From Macrostomum lignano (lineage: Eukaryota), in NCBI GenBank assembly GCA_002269645.1, contig NIVC01001331.1, positions 248,001-312,000 on the forward strand: DNA of 64,000 nucleotides. The letters are read 5' to 3'. Below, piece after piece: positions 26,788-39,479 of the stretch. Positions within the stretch are counted from its first letter, which is position 1. Each line of letters opens with the position of its first letter. The notes below the pieces were generated by a model. That model saw only the letters and a program-made list of their open reading frames with translations. It ran no database searches and was not told where the DNA came from. The translations under genes were made by a program, and so were the position numbers.

Positions 26788-26862
26788 AATGCCGTCAGTC
26801 GTGCCCACCTGGGCAGTACATGGCCTCGCAATGCACCCGAACAAGAGACGCCGTCTGCCAAG
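26788..26862 (+). CDS. Gene 2 exon 4: TNFR-type Cys-rich module (CRQSCPPGQYMASQCTRTRDAVC)
   Basis: C-x3-C-PPG-x-Y-x4-C-x4-D-x2-C pattern. Bounded cag|...|gtgag, phase 1-1. Confidence 0.9.
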
Positions 26863-28311
26863 GTGAGCACAAGTTCACTGTTGTACCTGCCGTCTCCTCT
26901 GTCTTTCTTAGAAGTTAGAAGTACGCCTACACTTGAGCTGACTTTAGTGAAGAATTCTATCCGTTGAACGAAATTCCTGCACACGAAAAGTCGTCAAAGA
27001 AATCGCTCGGCGAATCAACCCTTTTTATCTGATCAATCAGCTGACTTGTTTCTGATTAAGAAACCGCCCTGAATATTCTTGACCAAATTCATCATTACCA
27101 TGCAGCCGCAGCATTGACACACCTTTGTGAAGGCAATCAAAGACAAGGGACAGATATAGGAGAAGGAATGCTGGAAAAATGAAAAGAAAGATGAATAGAA
27201 CTAAAAGTCCAACTAGCCAAGATGCGAGCCCTTGTCTGATTACCACTCCTTCCTTGTCACGCACCTCTGCTTCTAGTTCGGCTGCTTCAGCCACTGGCAA
27301 GAGCAGGGCAGGGTGCTCAATCTGCCAAGCTGTTGCCCCAAAAGGTGCAGCAGACAAGCAAAGCTTTTATTCGCATTGCTCTCGTCTTGACTTTGTTGCA
27401 ACTTTCAAATTTTTGTTTTTTTCAGGCAAAAATTCTAGCAGTAAGTGAATTATTTTCTATGAATTTTTGTCGTTTCTAGACAGCTTCTTTCCTATATTTT
27501 TACCTTAGACTTTTTATGTTGCTTTCGTATACCCAAGCATTAAAGACAATTATTAATATTTTGTGGCAGCGCTGGAAAAGCATGAAAAAATTCTCTTAAA
27601 TAATCTGTCCCCCGCACTGCCACTCACCAAGCAGAGCCGTCTCCGTCTACTTGGGTGTTGTTTAGCAAAACAGTGTATAGATTCCCGCCATTCCCTCCCG
27701 TATTTCCCATTCTCCGCTCTCCAATGCCGGGCCGCATCCGCCATGGAGGCTGTCACTCACCTGCGTATTGTTGACCCACGCCGCATCATAATGCGCAGCT
27801 TTGCCGCCTTTGCCACTGCACTGCATCGCATCGCATTCATCATTCAGCAAGTCCCGATCCGCATATTGGGCGAGCAGAATTCATTTCCCCAGAGACTCGA
27901 CCAGCTTTCTCCCTCTCCAGCTGTCTTCATCTCCGTTACCTTCGTGTCGTCTCGTATTTAGGCAAAATTGGTTCCGCATCTGTTGCTGAAGCTGCTGCTG
28001 GCGCTGGAAGGCTGCAAACTGTAATAATCCAGCTAAATTCTTTAACCCTCTCTGGCTGTTTAATGTTTCACACGCTTTCACATTCTTAGACAGATTTTTT
28101 TCTCAAGTTCATAATCGCCAATTACCATGTTCAGGATCAGCGATCAGTGGTGACATTGCGGGCGTTTACTAAAATAAATCGATACATTTTTAACAGTAGA
28201 ACTATCAGAAAGTTCTATCTAACTACGATCAAATAGAATTCGAATTCGCGCCAACGAGAGACATTACATATTAAGCAACACATTCAAAATACGTACGAAG
28301 GCAAACACTGG

Positions 28312-28968
28312 GTGTGTACAGCTGTTCAGGGTGTGTACAGCTGTTCAGGGTGTGTACAGCTGTTCAGGGTGTGTACAGCTGTTCAGGGTGTGTACAGCTG
28401 TTCAGGGTGTGTACAGCTGTTCAGGGTGTGTACAGCTGTTCAGGGTGTGTACAGCTGTTCAGGGTGTGTACAGCTGTTCAGGGTGTGTACAGCTGTTCAG
28501 GGTGTGTACAGCTGTTCAGGGTGTGTACAGCTGTTCAGGGTGTGTACAGCTGTTCAGGGTGTGTACAGCTGTTCAGGGTGTGTACAGCTGTTCAGGGTGT
28601 GTACAGCTGTTCAGGGTGTGTACAGCTGTTCAGGGTGTGTACAGCTGTTCAGGGTGTGTACAGCTGTTCAGGGTGTGTACAGCTATTCAGGGTGTGTACA
28701 GCTGTTCAGGGTGTGTACAGCTGTTCAGGGTGTGTACAGCTGTTCAGGGTGTGTACAGCTGTTCAGGGTGTGTACAGCTGTTCAGGGTGTGTACAGCTGT
28801 TCAGGGTGTGTACAGCTGTTCAGGGTGTGTACAGCTGTTCAGGGTGTGTACAGCTGTTCAGGGTGTGTACAGCTGTTCAGGGTGTGTACAGCTGTTCAGG
28901 GTGTGTACAGCTGTTCAGGGTGTGTACAGCTATTCAGGGTGTGTACAGCTGTTCAGGGTGTGTACAGC
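28312..28968. repeat. 19-bp minisatellite (GTGTACAGCTGTTCAGGGT), ~34 copies
   Basis: Highly homogeneous. Runs into repeat X copy 3. Confidence 0.97.
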
Positions 28969-28998
28969 GGCCCAGACTTTCTCATTGTCAGGCATGTA
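28954..28998 (+). repeat. Dispersed repeat family X, diverged copy 3
   Basis: CAGGGTGTGTACAGCGGCCCAGACTTTCTCATTGTCAGGCATGTA aligns by eye to 4262-4304. Confidence 0.65.
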
Positions 28999-29029
28999 AA
29001 TTTTGCTCCAGGGCGCCAAAATATTGCGC

Positions 29030-29390
29030 CTTCGGCGCCAAAATGAGTGCCTGAATGCGGCGCCAAAATGCCTGAATGCGGCGCCAAAATGAGTGCCTGA
29101 ATGCGGCGCCAAAATGAGTGCTTGAATGCCGCGCAAAAATGAGTGCCTGAATGCGGCGCCAAAATGAGTGCCTGAATGCGGCGCCAAAATGAGTGCCTGA
29201 ATGCGGCGCCAAAATGAGTGCCTGAATGCGGCGCCAAAATGAGTGCTTCAAGCGTCAAAAAAGTGCCTGAAGCGCCAAAAAAGTGCCTGAAGCGCCAGAA
29301 AAGTGCATGAAGCGCCAAAAAGGTGCCTGAAGCGCCAGAAAAGTGCATGAAGCGCCAAAAAGGTGCCTGAAGCGCCAAAATGAGTGCCTG
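29030..29390. repeat. 25-bp array (GCGGCGCCAAAATGAGTGCCTGAAT) grading into a 20-bp unit
   Basis: Read directly from the sequence. Confidence 0.93.
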
Positions 29391-29449
29391 TGGCTCAATC
29401 TCTAGCGCATATTTTCAATCAAAGATAGCTACCAGGCAACTGCTTACAA

Positions 29450-29693
29450 CAGCGGTCGGCGAACTCCGGCCCGCGAAGCTTCTCGGGTCCGGCCATCGGG
29501 TCCTTTGAAACTTCGCAATAGCAATCCGGCCTGCTCATGGTTTGTGTCTTCTCAGCTCTCTTGTCTCTTCTCTCGCCTCTCCCCTCTTTTTCACTCTTAT
29601 CTCCTCTCTCTAATCTTATCCTATTATGGCCCGCAGCCATGAGCTGAATTCTCCATCTGGCCCTTGAGCTAAAAAACAGTTTGCCAACCTCTG
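29450..29693. mobile_element. hAT-superfamily MITE (244 bp)
   Basis: Imperfect 16-bp TIRs CAGCGGTCGGCGAACT / AGTTTGCCAACCTCTG (13/16 match), flanked by a perfect 8-bp TSD GCTTACAA (29442-29449 and 29694-29701). Confidence 0.88.
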
Positions 29694-30529
29694 GCTTACA
29701 AGAACTACCGATGGATATACATTGCGGATATCGAGTTACTAGACCTGCTTACTCATGAGATTCACCAGTGCTCAACCAGTCTGATAAGTTCTAAGAAATT
29801 GAACCTTGGTTAAAATGCGCTAAAATAATCTATTTAAATAGTTCGCTATGAACTTTTATGCGCTCGAGTCCCTATAGCCAAGGCCACTCATTCTAGCAAG
29901 CAGCCCCCACTCAGCTAGTTAAGTGCAGCGATGCTTGAAATATCCCCCCCCCGGCTTCGCTTCCCCTTATAGCCGTTTTCTTATCCACACTTTGGGAAAA
30001 GATTTCCCGTTGGCACGCGTACCCGCAGCTGCGTGTTCCACCTGGCCCTTTGTGCAGCGTTTACATCGCTAGTTCTACAAGCAGTATAGTACCAAATGTG
30101 TTTATGTTGCATGGCATTATTTTATTGTACTATCGAACATATTTTAAACAATCTCTTTTTATTGGCGTTTGCGTATTTTAAGTTTGAGAATGAGTCATAG
30201 CTCGTGTTCCTCCTGAGTAGCTTGAGTAGCTGAACCAATGCTACTATTGGTATAATAGTTCAGATATGAGCTGACAACTATATTGTAATAAATCAGATCT
30301 CATGCTCAAAGGCATATATGTCAGATCGTATCGGGATTGACTCTAAATGAGCAGGTTAGCGCTTACTTCACCCATTGAGCTGGCTATAATCCCTACTCAA
30401 GTGTTAAGCTCTTTGACGCTTGCATATGACGTAAGTCACTGAATATTATATCGAAATCTGACTCTCTCAATAAGCATATGCTAACCACTTCTTGATCTCG
30501 TATATCTGCGGAGTGATTTTGCCTGCGCA

Positions 30530-31250
30530 TTGATTGTCTTTTGTGTGATTTGATTTTTGAGTGATTGTCTGTGGAGTGATTGTCTTTTGTGTGATTTGAC
30601 TTTTGAGTGATTGTCTGTGGAGTGATTGTCTTTTGTGTGATTTGACTTTTGAGTGATTGTCTGTGGAGTGATTGTCTTTTGTGTGATTTGACTTTTGAGT
30701 GATTGTCTGTGGAGTGATTGTCTTTTGTGTGATTTGACTTTTGAGTGATTGTCTGTGGAGTGATTGTCTTTTGTGTGATTTGACTTTTGAGTGATTGTCT
30801 GTGGAGTGATTGTCTTTTGTGTGATTTGACTTTTGAGTGATTGTCTGTGGAGTGATTGTCTTTTGTGTGATTTGACTTTTGAGTGATTGTCTGTGGAGTG
30901 ATTGTCTTTTGTGTGATTTGACTTTTGAGTGATTGTCTGTGGAGTGATTGTCTTTTGTGTGATTTGACTTTTGAGTGATTGTCTGTGGAGTGATTGTCTT
31001 TTGTGTGATTTGACTTTTGAGTGATTGTCTGTGGAGTGATTGTCTTGTGTGATTGACTTTTGAGTGATTGTCTGTGGAGTGATTATCTTTTGTGTGATTG
31101 ACTTTTGAGTGATTGTCTGTGGAGTGATTGTCCATTTACTATGGAGTGATTGCCTGCGGAGTGATTGTCTGCGGAGTGATTGTCTGCGGAGTGATTGTCT
31201 GCGGATTGATTGTCTGCAGAGTGATTGTCTGCGGAGTGATTGTCTGCGTC
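30530..31250. repeat. 46-bp minisatellite, then a 15-bp GAGTGATTGTCTGCG tail
   Basis: Read directly from the sequence. Confidence 0.95.
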
Positions 31251-32097
31251 TGTCATTTGCAACTGTGTGTCATTCAGTCAATAGAAATAACTCAAGCCCT
31301 GGGACCCTGGGCCGGGCCTGAAAACCAGCCCAGTTCCACCATATTCCATTGGCGGACTACTCAGCCAATCAGAGACGCCTCCAGACTATTTTTATACAAT
31401 CCCAATCTCCCGTCTTGTCTCCTTCATCCCCCTCGCCCAGACTCCCAAAAAGTTATCTGGACACGATACAGTTTCAATTGTTGTCAGCCAGGCGTGTCAG
31501 AAAGCAAAAAAGAAAATTGAAAGAAACAGAGAGAAAGAGAGAGAGAGAAAAGGGGAAGCAACACATTCTCTGGCTCCCACCCAGCCAACCCCAGATCTGT
31601 TTCAATTGATTCGTCATTGATCCCCCACCCCGGACAGCCCCCGCTCTCTCCTCTCCTCCCGCTGGCCTCGGCAGTCCGCAGCAGGAGTTCGCCTGAACAA
31701 TAGCTCCATAGATTGAGCCAAAGCTGACAAAATGGAAGCCCAGCTCCATTCTGTACTGAGTCCATCTGGTGTCTAGCTCAGTCCAACCCCCGCCCCCCTC
31801 CAGAGGCAACCCTCCAGTGTGTAGGATAGGGGAGTTTAGCTCGCTGGGTAGCCGTCTAAAACTGTACAGCTAGCCGCGAGCCGCTGCATGGCATGGCCCA
31901 TGCTTTCTAATTCACTAGCGCTGGCGCTCGGTAGCAGCACAACCAAACAGCTCTTTCATCAGCAACAGCAGCTGCCAGCACCATGCCAGTGTCAAACGAG
32001 TTGCTGCTGCTGCTGCTGCTGTCGCTAACCATAACAGTTAGCAACTGGTCAGCAGGTGCGGTAGCTACATCGAATCCCCACCTGTTCTCGTCCGCAG

Positions 32098-32169
32098 CCT
32101 GCAACCACTGCCCGCCCGGCTACTTTGAGGCTCGCCAGTGCCTGCGCCGGGTCAACAGGAAATGCCTAC
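32098..32169 (+). CDS. Gene 2 exon 5: second TNFR-type module (CNHCPPGYFEARQCLRRVNRKC)
   Basis: Acceptor ttctcgtccgcag, donor C|gtaagt, phase 1-1, four Cys in TNFR B2-like spacing. Confidence 0.9.
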
Positions 32170-32206
32170 GTAAGTTTACCATGATATTGCTACTTTTAGT
32201 GTTGTC

Positions 32207-33275
32207 TACGGCATACCGATATGTGTGTCTCATTGTGCAGTCTACTGCATACCGATATGTGTGTCTCATTGTGCAGTCTACTGCATACCGATATGTGTGT
32301 CTCATTGTGCAGTCTACTGCATACCGATATGTGTGTCTCATTGTGCAGTCTACTGCATACCGATATGTGTGTCTCATTGTGCAGTCTACTGCATACCGAT
32401 ATGTGTGTCTCATTGTGCAGTCTATGGCATACCGATATGCGTGTCTCATTGTGCAGTCTACTGCATACCGATATGTGTGTCTCATTGTGCAGTCTACTGC
32501 ATACCGATATGTGTGTCTCATTGTGCAGTCTACTGCATACCGATATGTGTGTCTCATTGTGCAGTCTACTGCATACCGATATGTGTGTCTCATTGTGCAG
32601 TCTACTGCATACCGATATGTGTGTCTCATTGTGCAGTCTACTGCATACCGATATGTGTGTCTCATTGTGCAGTCTACTGCATACCGATATGTGTGTCTCA
32701 TTGTGCAGTCTATGGCATACCGATATGCGTGTCTCATTGTGCAGTCTACTGCATACCGATATGCGTGTCTCATTGTGCAGTCTATGGCATGCCGATATGC
32801 GTGTCTCATTGTGCAGTCTATGGCATATCGATATGCGTGTCTCATTGTGCAGTCTATGGCATACCGATATGTGTGTCTCATTGTGCAGTCTACTGCATAC
32901 CGATATGTGTGTCTCATTGTGCAGTCTACTGCATACCGATATGTGTGTCTCATTGTGCAGTCTATGGCATACCGATATGCGTGTCTCATTGTGCAGTCTA
33001 TGGCATACCGATATGCGTGTCTCATTGTGCAGTCTATGGCATACCGATATGCGTGTCTCATTGTGCAGTCTATGGCATACCGATATGTGTGTCTCATTGC
33101 GCAGTCTACTGCATACCGATATGCGTGTCTCATTGTGCAGTCTATGACATACCGATATGTGTGTCTCATTGTGCAGTCTATGGCATACCGATATGTGTGT
33201 CTCATTGTGCAGTCTATGACATACCGATATGTGTGTCTCATTGTGCAGTCTATGGCATACCGATATGTGTGTCTC
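32207..33275. repeat. 36-bp minisatellite, ~30 copies
   Basis: GCATACCGATATGTGTGTCTCATTGTGCAGTCTACT and variants. Confidence 0.97.
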
Positions 33276-33959
33276 GATTTGAAAGTGCACAGTGATTTAT
33301 GATCGTCCAGTATAGTTTTCTCACTCGCCAGATTTTGAAAGAAAATTTTACAGTCTTTGCTGTGCCAGGTCTTCCCTTGCATTTGTCAAGTCTGCTTTTT
33401 TCTTCCTGGGCGACTAGGATTCTCATAGCTAGGCAAACACAGTGCCAGAAACCTTATAGCTGACTGAGCATTGTGACAGATTGTGAGTATCCTATTCTGC
33501 CATTCACAAATTTTCCAAAAACTTCTGCTCACAGAGTTGGAAATTTGGTGTCCGCAAGTCCAGATCACGATCGGGAAGAGGAAGAGTGAGGGGTTGTTGG
33601 GTGCTCGGTGGAGGAAAGATGAGACGCCGAGGTAAAAAAAACTATATCCCAACTCTCTAAGCGCCGAGGGGATTCGCAAGCTTTCTTGGGGATTCTGCTC
33701 AGTGTGTATAGTAAAAAACAGGTTAAATATTCAGCTACTTGATTACGCAATAAGTCTGCAGTATCAGCAGCTCGGTGACTAGCAGATGAAGGGCTTTAGC
33801 AGCAGCACGAAATGGATCAGATGCGTGCTTGACAGAAAAGGGAAGATAGTTGGGGGAGACGGGGCAACAGCGGGTTAAGCTTGGGCAAAGTGGACGGATT
33901 ATAGGGTGCTTAGCCTGTTCAAACCATATTCTGAATAAAGAAGATATGTTTCAGACTTT

Positions 33960-34190
33960 TGCTGTTCTTTGCCATAGACAGTATGTCTGGTTTTCCGCTC
34001 TTTGCCATAGACAGCATGTCTGGTTTTCCGCTCTTTGCCATAGACAGCATGTCTGGTTTTCCGTTCCTTGTCATAGACAGCCTGTCTGGTTTTCCGTTCT
34101 TTGCCATAGACAGTATGTCTGGTTTTCCGTTCTTTGCCATAGACAGCATGTCTTGCTTCACTTTTCTTTGCCATAGACAGCATGACATAC
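33960..34190. repeat. 33-bp minisatellite (TTGCCATAGACAGCATGTCTGGTTTTCCGTTCT)
   Basis: Read directly from the sequence. Confidence 0.9.
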
Positions 34191-34667
34191 TTTAGCTTCT
34201 TTGCAATAGACAAACATGCCCTACCTAGCATTATTATTGAACAATGTACAGTCCAGGCCATGTACAAATATGTAGTTGCACGGATAAATGAGCATTCATC
34301 TCTGATCAGTTTATTACGGGTGCGGGCAGTAGTGGAAGCTCCTCCCATGAAGCAGAAAAAAGAAATACGCAGCAGAGGGCACTGCAAGCAGCCATAAAAG
34401 TGTCAGGCTGAGCCAATGTGGAGAGGATCGCTGTTTGTGAATGAGGATTTTTTTTATCGGGCGGCTTCGGCTTTTCTGTGCGACTCTTGGTGAGGCTGGA
34501 GGAGAGTAAGGACGCTGTGGACCAAGCAGCGTTTTGGCTTTTAACTATGCAGTTTGAATTCATTTTTCTTTGGTCTGAGTTTAATACCGCATCAAGCCCA
34601 AGGGAACAGGTCAGGTGTACCACCTATTCATATGCACCGTCTTCTCCACGTCGAACCCGACTAACCC

Positions 34668-36085
34668 GATCCGCTCTCTCCCTATCCGCTCTCTCCCTAT
34701 CCGCTCTCTCCCTATCCGCTCTCTCCCTATCCGCTCTCTCCCTATCCGCTCTCTCCCTATCCGCTCTCTCCCTATCCGCTCTCTCCCTATCCGCTCTCTC
34801 CCTATCCGCTCTCTCCCTATCCGCTCTCTCCCTATCCGCTCTCTCCCTATCCGCTCTCTCCTATCCGCTCTCTCCCTATCCGCTCTCTCCCTATCCGCTC
34901 TCTCCCTATCCGCTCTCTCCCTATCCGCTCTCTCCCTATCCGCTCTCTCCCTATCCGCTCTCTCCCTATCCGCTCTCTCCCTATCCGCTCTCTCCTATCC
35001 GCTCTCTCCCTATCCGCTCTCTCCCTATCCGCTCTCTCCACTCTCTACCTATCCGCTCTCTCCCTATCCGCTCTCTCCCTATCCGCTCTCTCCACTCTCT
35101 ACCTATCCGCTCTCTCCCTATCCGCTCTCTCCCTATCCGCTCTCTCCCTATCCGCTCTCTCCCTATCCGCTCTCTCCCTATCCGCTCTCTCCCTATCCGC
35201 TCTCTCCCTATCCGCTCTCTCCCTATCCGCTCTCTCCCTATCCGCTCTCTCCCTATCCGCTCTCTCCCTATCCGCTCTCTCCCTATCCGCTCTCTCCCTA
35301 TCCGCTCTCTCCCTATCCGCTCTCTCCCTATCCGCTCTCTCCCTATCCGCTCTCTCCCTATCCGCTCTCTCCCTATCCGCTCTCTCCCTATCCGCTCTCT
35401 CCCTATCCGCTCTCTCCCTATCCGCTCTCTCCCTATCCGCTCTCTCCCTATCCGCTCTCTCCCTATCCGCTCTCTCCCTATCCGCTCTCTCCCTATCCGC
35501 TCTCTCCCTATCCGCTCTCTCCCTATCCGCTCTCTCCCTATCCGCTCTCTCCCTATCCGCTCTCTCCCTATCCGCTCTCTCCCTATCCGCTCTCTCCCTA
35601 TCCGCTCTCTCCACTCTCTACCTATCCGCTCTCTACCTATCCGCTCTCTCCCTATCCGCTTTCTCAACTCTCTCCCTATCCGCTCTCTCCCTATCCGCTC
35701 TCTCCCTATCCGCTCTCTACCTATCCGCTCTCTCCCTATCCGCTCTCTCCCTATCCGCTTTCTCAACTCTCTACCTATCCGCTCTCTCCCTATCCGCTCT
35801 CTCCCTATCCGCTCTCTCCACTCTCTACCTATCCGCTCTCTACCTATCCGCTCTCTCCCTATCCGCTTTCTCAACTCTCTCCCTATCCGCTCTCTCCCTA
35901 TCCGCTCTCTCCCTATCCGCTCTCTACCTATCCGCTCTCTCCCTATCCGCTCTCTCCCTATCCACTCTCTCCCTATCCGCTCTCTCCCTATCCGCTCTCT
36001 CCCTATCCGCTCTCTCCCTATCCGCTCTCTCCCTATCCGCTCTCTCCCTATCCGCTCTCTCCCTATCCGCTCTCTCCTTATCCAC
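34668..36085. repeat. 15-bp pyrimidine-rich array (CCCTATCCGCTCTCT), ~90 copies
   Basis: Read directly from the sequence. Confidence 0.97.
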
Positions 36086-37244
36086 CGATTTCCCATCCGC
36101 TGTCCCCTCACTCACGGTCTCCTCTTGCGCTCCCAACCCACCCGCCATCTACCAGCATACCGACCGTCAGTCACGCAGCCGCCCTGCCAGCCCCATACAT
36201 CGCCTCCCTGCCGATTCGGGTCGCTGGATCAAATCCTTTGCCGCCAAACCCAAGAGAGTGGGGGGGGGAATTTTATCCCCAGGGGTGGAAGGTTGGCTCT
36301 CGGCTGCTGCGAATGGGATATGACTATCAATAATTAACAATGGATGATTAGGCATCTCCCCAACAAGAAAAAGCCAATCCGGCATTCATAATGCAACAAA
36401 TAGCGGCACGGGATAGTTGTAATTATTTTCCCCCTTCACCCCCCCCCATCCAAAAGGCCCGCCTGCGGGATCGCTGGGCAGGGGTGGCGCTGCGCCGGCA
36501 CAAAATAAGTCGCTAAGCCAATTATCTTTCGTGATTAATAGCGTCGCAGAGTAAGTCTAGCTGCCGTAGCGCTGGGGCTGGCCGGCGCCCACAGGCCGTC
36601 TCTTGGCCACCGCCGCCGTGTTTATTCTTTGGCTTCCAACCTTCGGCATCAATGATGGAGAATGAATTGGGAGCCTGTTTCTCTCTCTTGTATAATAGCG
36701 CCATCCCCTGCCTGACCGTCTCTCGTCCTATAGCCGCGGCCATCCCCATCCAGCAAAGTAATTTTCTCCTAGCAGCAGCAGAAGCAGCGTCTTCAAAAGG
36801 GAAGAAATAAAGGCAAGGCATTTTAGATTATAATAGGCCGCATTAATTCATCATTTTCCATGCCGCGCCGGCTTCTGTTGCTAGCCAACCAGGACCTGCT
36901 ACAGGGCCAATGCTTTTTCTGAGGCTTTTCAAGGTGATTTTACATTAATTAGCAATTATAAGGCAATGCGAAGGGCTTAGAGGAATAATAGCACTAAACT
37001 TCTTTGCTTCTGGTTTGGCATCAGAGTCTCAATTACATGGGGATTGGGACAGGCTTAAATTGATTGTTAAAAGTTTTTTAAAAGGCGACGAGGCACTTCT
37101 AAGACACCTCTAATCGTTATGATTAATATAATTAGTTATTAATTGACCTGATTGTCCGTAGCACACGTTAATTACGTAGTTTAAACTGTCTTAGTAATAT
37201 ACTGTGTCTTTTATTGCAATCTGCCTTCAGTGACCAGCAACACC

Positions 37245-37545
37245 TACAATCTACAATCTGCTCTTACCACGAGACACATCTACCTTCTAAAATCTGCCAC
37301 CAGACACATCTACCTCTTACAATCTGCCACCAGACACATCTACCTTCTACAATCTGCCACCAGACACATCTACCTCTTACAATCTGCCACCAGACACATC
37401 TACCTCTTACAATCTGCCACCAGACACATCTACCTCTTACAATCTGCCACCAGACACATCTACCTCTTACAATCTGCCACCAGACACATCTACCATCTAC
37501 AATCTGTCACCAGACACATCTACCTTCTACAATCTGCTGCTACCA
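37245..37545. repeat. 30-bp minisatellite (ACAATCTGCCACCAGACACATCTACCTCTT)
   Basis: Read directly from the sequence. Confidence 0.93.
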
Positions 37546-38455
37546 GAAATTACCCTAATCTAGATGCATTTTCCTGATCCATTCCTAAGCCACACAATAA
37601 GCAGATGACCTTGTACACAAAGCTACTCCCACCTCTAAATACACTAAGGACAACACAAACTACAATAGCGGAGATGCAGATTGGCGTGACCAGAACTCCT
37701 TTTTCAGCACTGGCTGACACGCGGTTCACTAATGAACGATATAGTGAGCATATATATCACGGATAGAATAAGAAGCATAGAAAGCTTTAAGGCTTAAAGC
37801 TTATGGAAGAATATCCAGTTTTTTTTTTACTAAAAAAGAGGGGCCTCTCTCTCTCTGTGATGCACGTTCCATGCGATGCGGTAAAGGTTTGGTCAGACCA
37901 GGGTCGAGAAAATGAGAAGGAAGTGGCGGGAGAGAGAGAGATGAGACGAAGACGCGGACTGATAGCTTTAACTATAGCCACTGGCAAAGACATGCGGATA
38001 TGCAGCAAGAGATGAGGGACCACCGTCACACGCACAATAGCCTCCAAACACAGCCTGGGCATCCCAGACTGACTGTTACAGTTGAGCAGGGCCATACCAA
38101 GGGGTCAATCTCTCTCTCATCCCTCCCTTCCCCAGCTCCAGTAGCGGTGATTTGAGCTGCTGCCAGCCGCTAGCGTCATCCGATGGCCCCAGGGCTGCCC
38201 CACCTCTCTTTAGCCTCATCATTGCCTCCTTCACTTCGGCCAGCACTTCTCCCTGTCTGTGTCCGACTGCCGACAGTTTCCGAGACCGGCAGATTTAGCT
38301 GAGGCGGATGGTAGCGGGGCTGGCAGTTAACAGTTAGGGCAGGTTAGGAGAGAGATAAATGTAATTTATTTGGGAGTACAGAGTGCGATTGGGATGAAAA
38401 TTGGGTAGGCAACGGACATGAAAAGTACAAAAAGTACCCTGTTTGCTATTTTCAG

Positions 38456-38527
38456 ACGCCGCTCGGCCTCTGAAGCAGGTTGACAATCGGCTGAGAGACG
38501 AAGACTTCATTCCGGTACCGACATCAG
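38456..38527 (+). CDS. Gene 2 exon 6: linker (AARPLKQVDNRLRDEDFIPVPTS); not in the ORF track
   Basis: Acceptor tttgctattttcag, donor G|gtgaga, 72 nt, phase 1-1, open in the required frame. Confidence 0.72.
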
Positions 38528-39479
38528 GTGAGAGAATAATTCCTATAACTGTCGCCTTAACCTGCGAGTGATACCGTTCTTCATTCAAAAGCTACGAGTA
38601 TTTGCGTGTGGTTTCTGGGATCTGTCAATATTTAGCCGCTTAAGCTTCAACAAGCTCTAATCACTTGAGCTCCAATCTCAATGAGGATCTATCAAGCTCT
38701 AGTCGCTCCAAGAGTGATCTACTCAAGCTCAAGTCACATGAGCTTCAAACTCCAAGCGGTATCTATGAAGCGCGAGTCACCTGAGCTCCTCAACTAAACA
38801 TTTTCACCATCTGAACTTCCCAATCGAATGCAAAACCAAACTTAGCTTGGTCTGTGGTTAATGTCGAACTACTGGAATTAATGCCTTCAAGCGAGAATAT
38901 ATCCCAAAAGTCAATAGAGAAGCCGGCGGCCTTTTTAAAATAGTTATCCTCCAACTTCTAACTGAACCACTCGACACTCGGAAATCTCCAGATTCTCAGA
39001 TTCTCTCCCAGGCTCCATCATCCATTCTTCCGCTTCTCAAGCCTAAGCAGACTTCCATGCCGCTTACCTGACTTTCTGGCAAAGCTTTGATTGACGACCG
39101 GCTGCTGCGTCTGTGGCCTTGGAGCGACCGTTACGTCATAAATGCTTTTGGCATTCATTCTATGAGCTGGACTACGCTGGGCTTTGATCCCCTTAGCACG
39201 GAAGATCCTCGTTCAAGCCAAATAGCTATATATAAAAGAGAAACATTATTTTTTTTTAAACTTCTTAGTTACGCTCCGATTCGCTCCAGCATCACGCTTC
39301 ATCGGTAGGACTCGCACGAAAGCGACCGCTGCTCATAGAAAAAGTTACTTACTAGACTTTTCTCCCTAATGAAGGCGATTGATTATTAATGGGAACGGCA
39401 ACGGTCGTTTTAATAGTTTAATGTAACCATTTCAAACAATAAATTATTAAATAACCTAACCAAAACGGTTATTTTTGGG

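Noticed and set aside
31983-33302. 439-aa ORF reading from exon 5 in frame through the 36-bp array (and similarly 26448-26918 into exon 4)
   Set aside because: The 36-bp unit is stop-free in all three + frames, so read-through is expected by chance. Strong splice sites bound the real exons. Only intron-retention reads would revive it.
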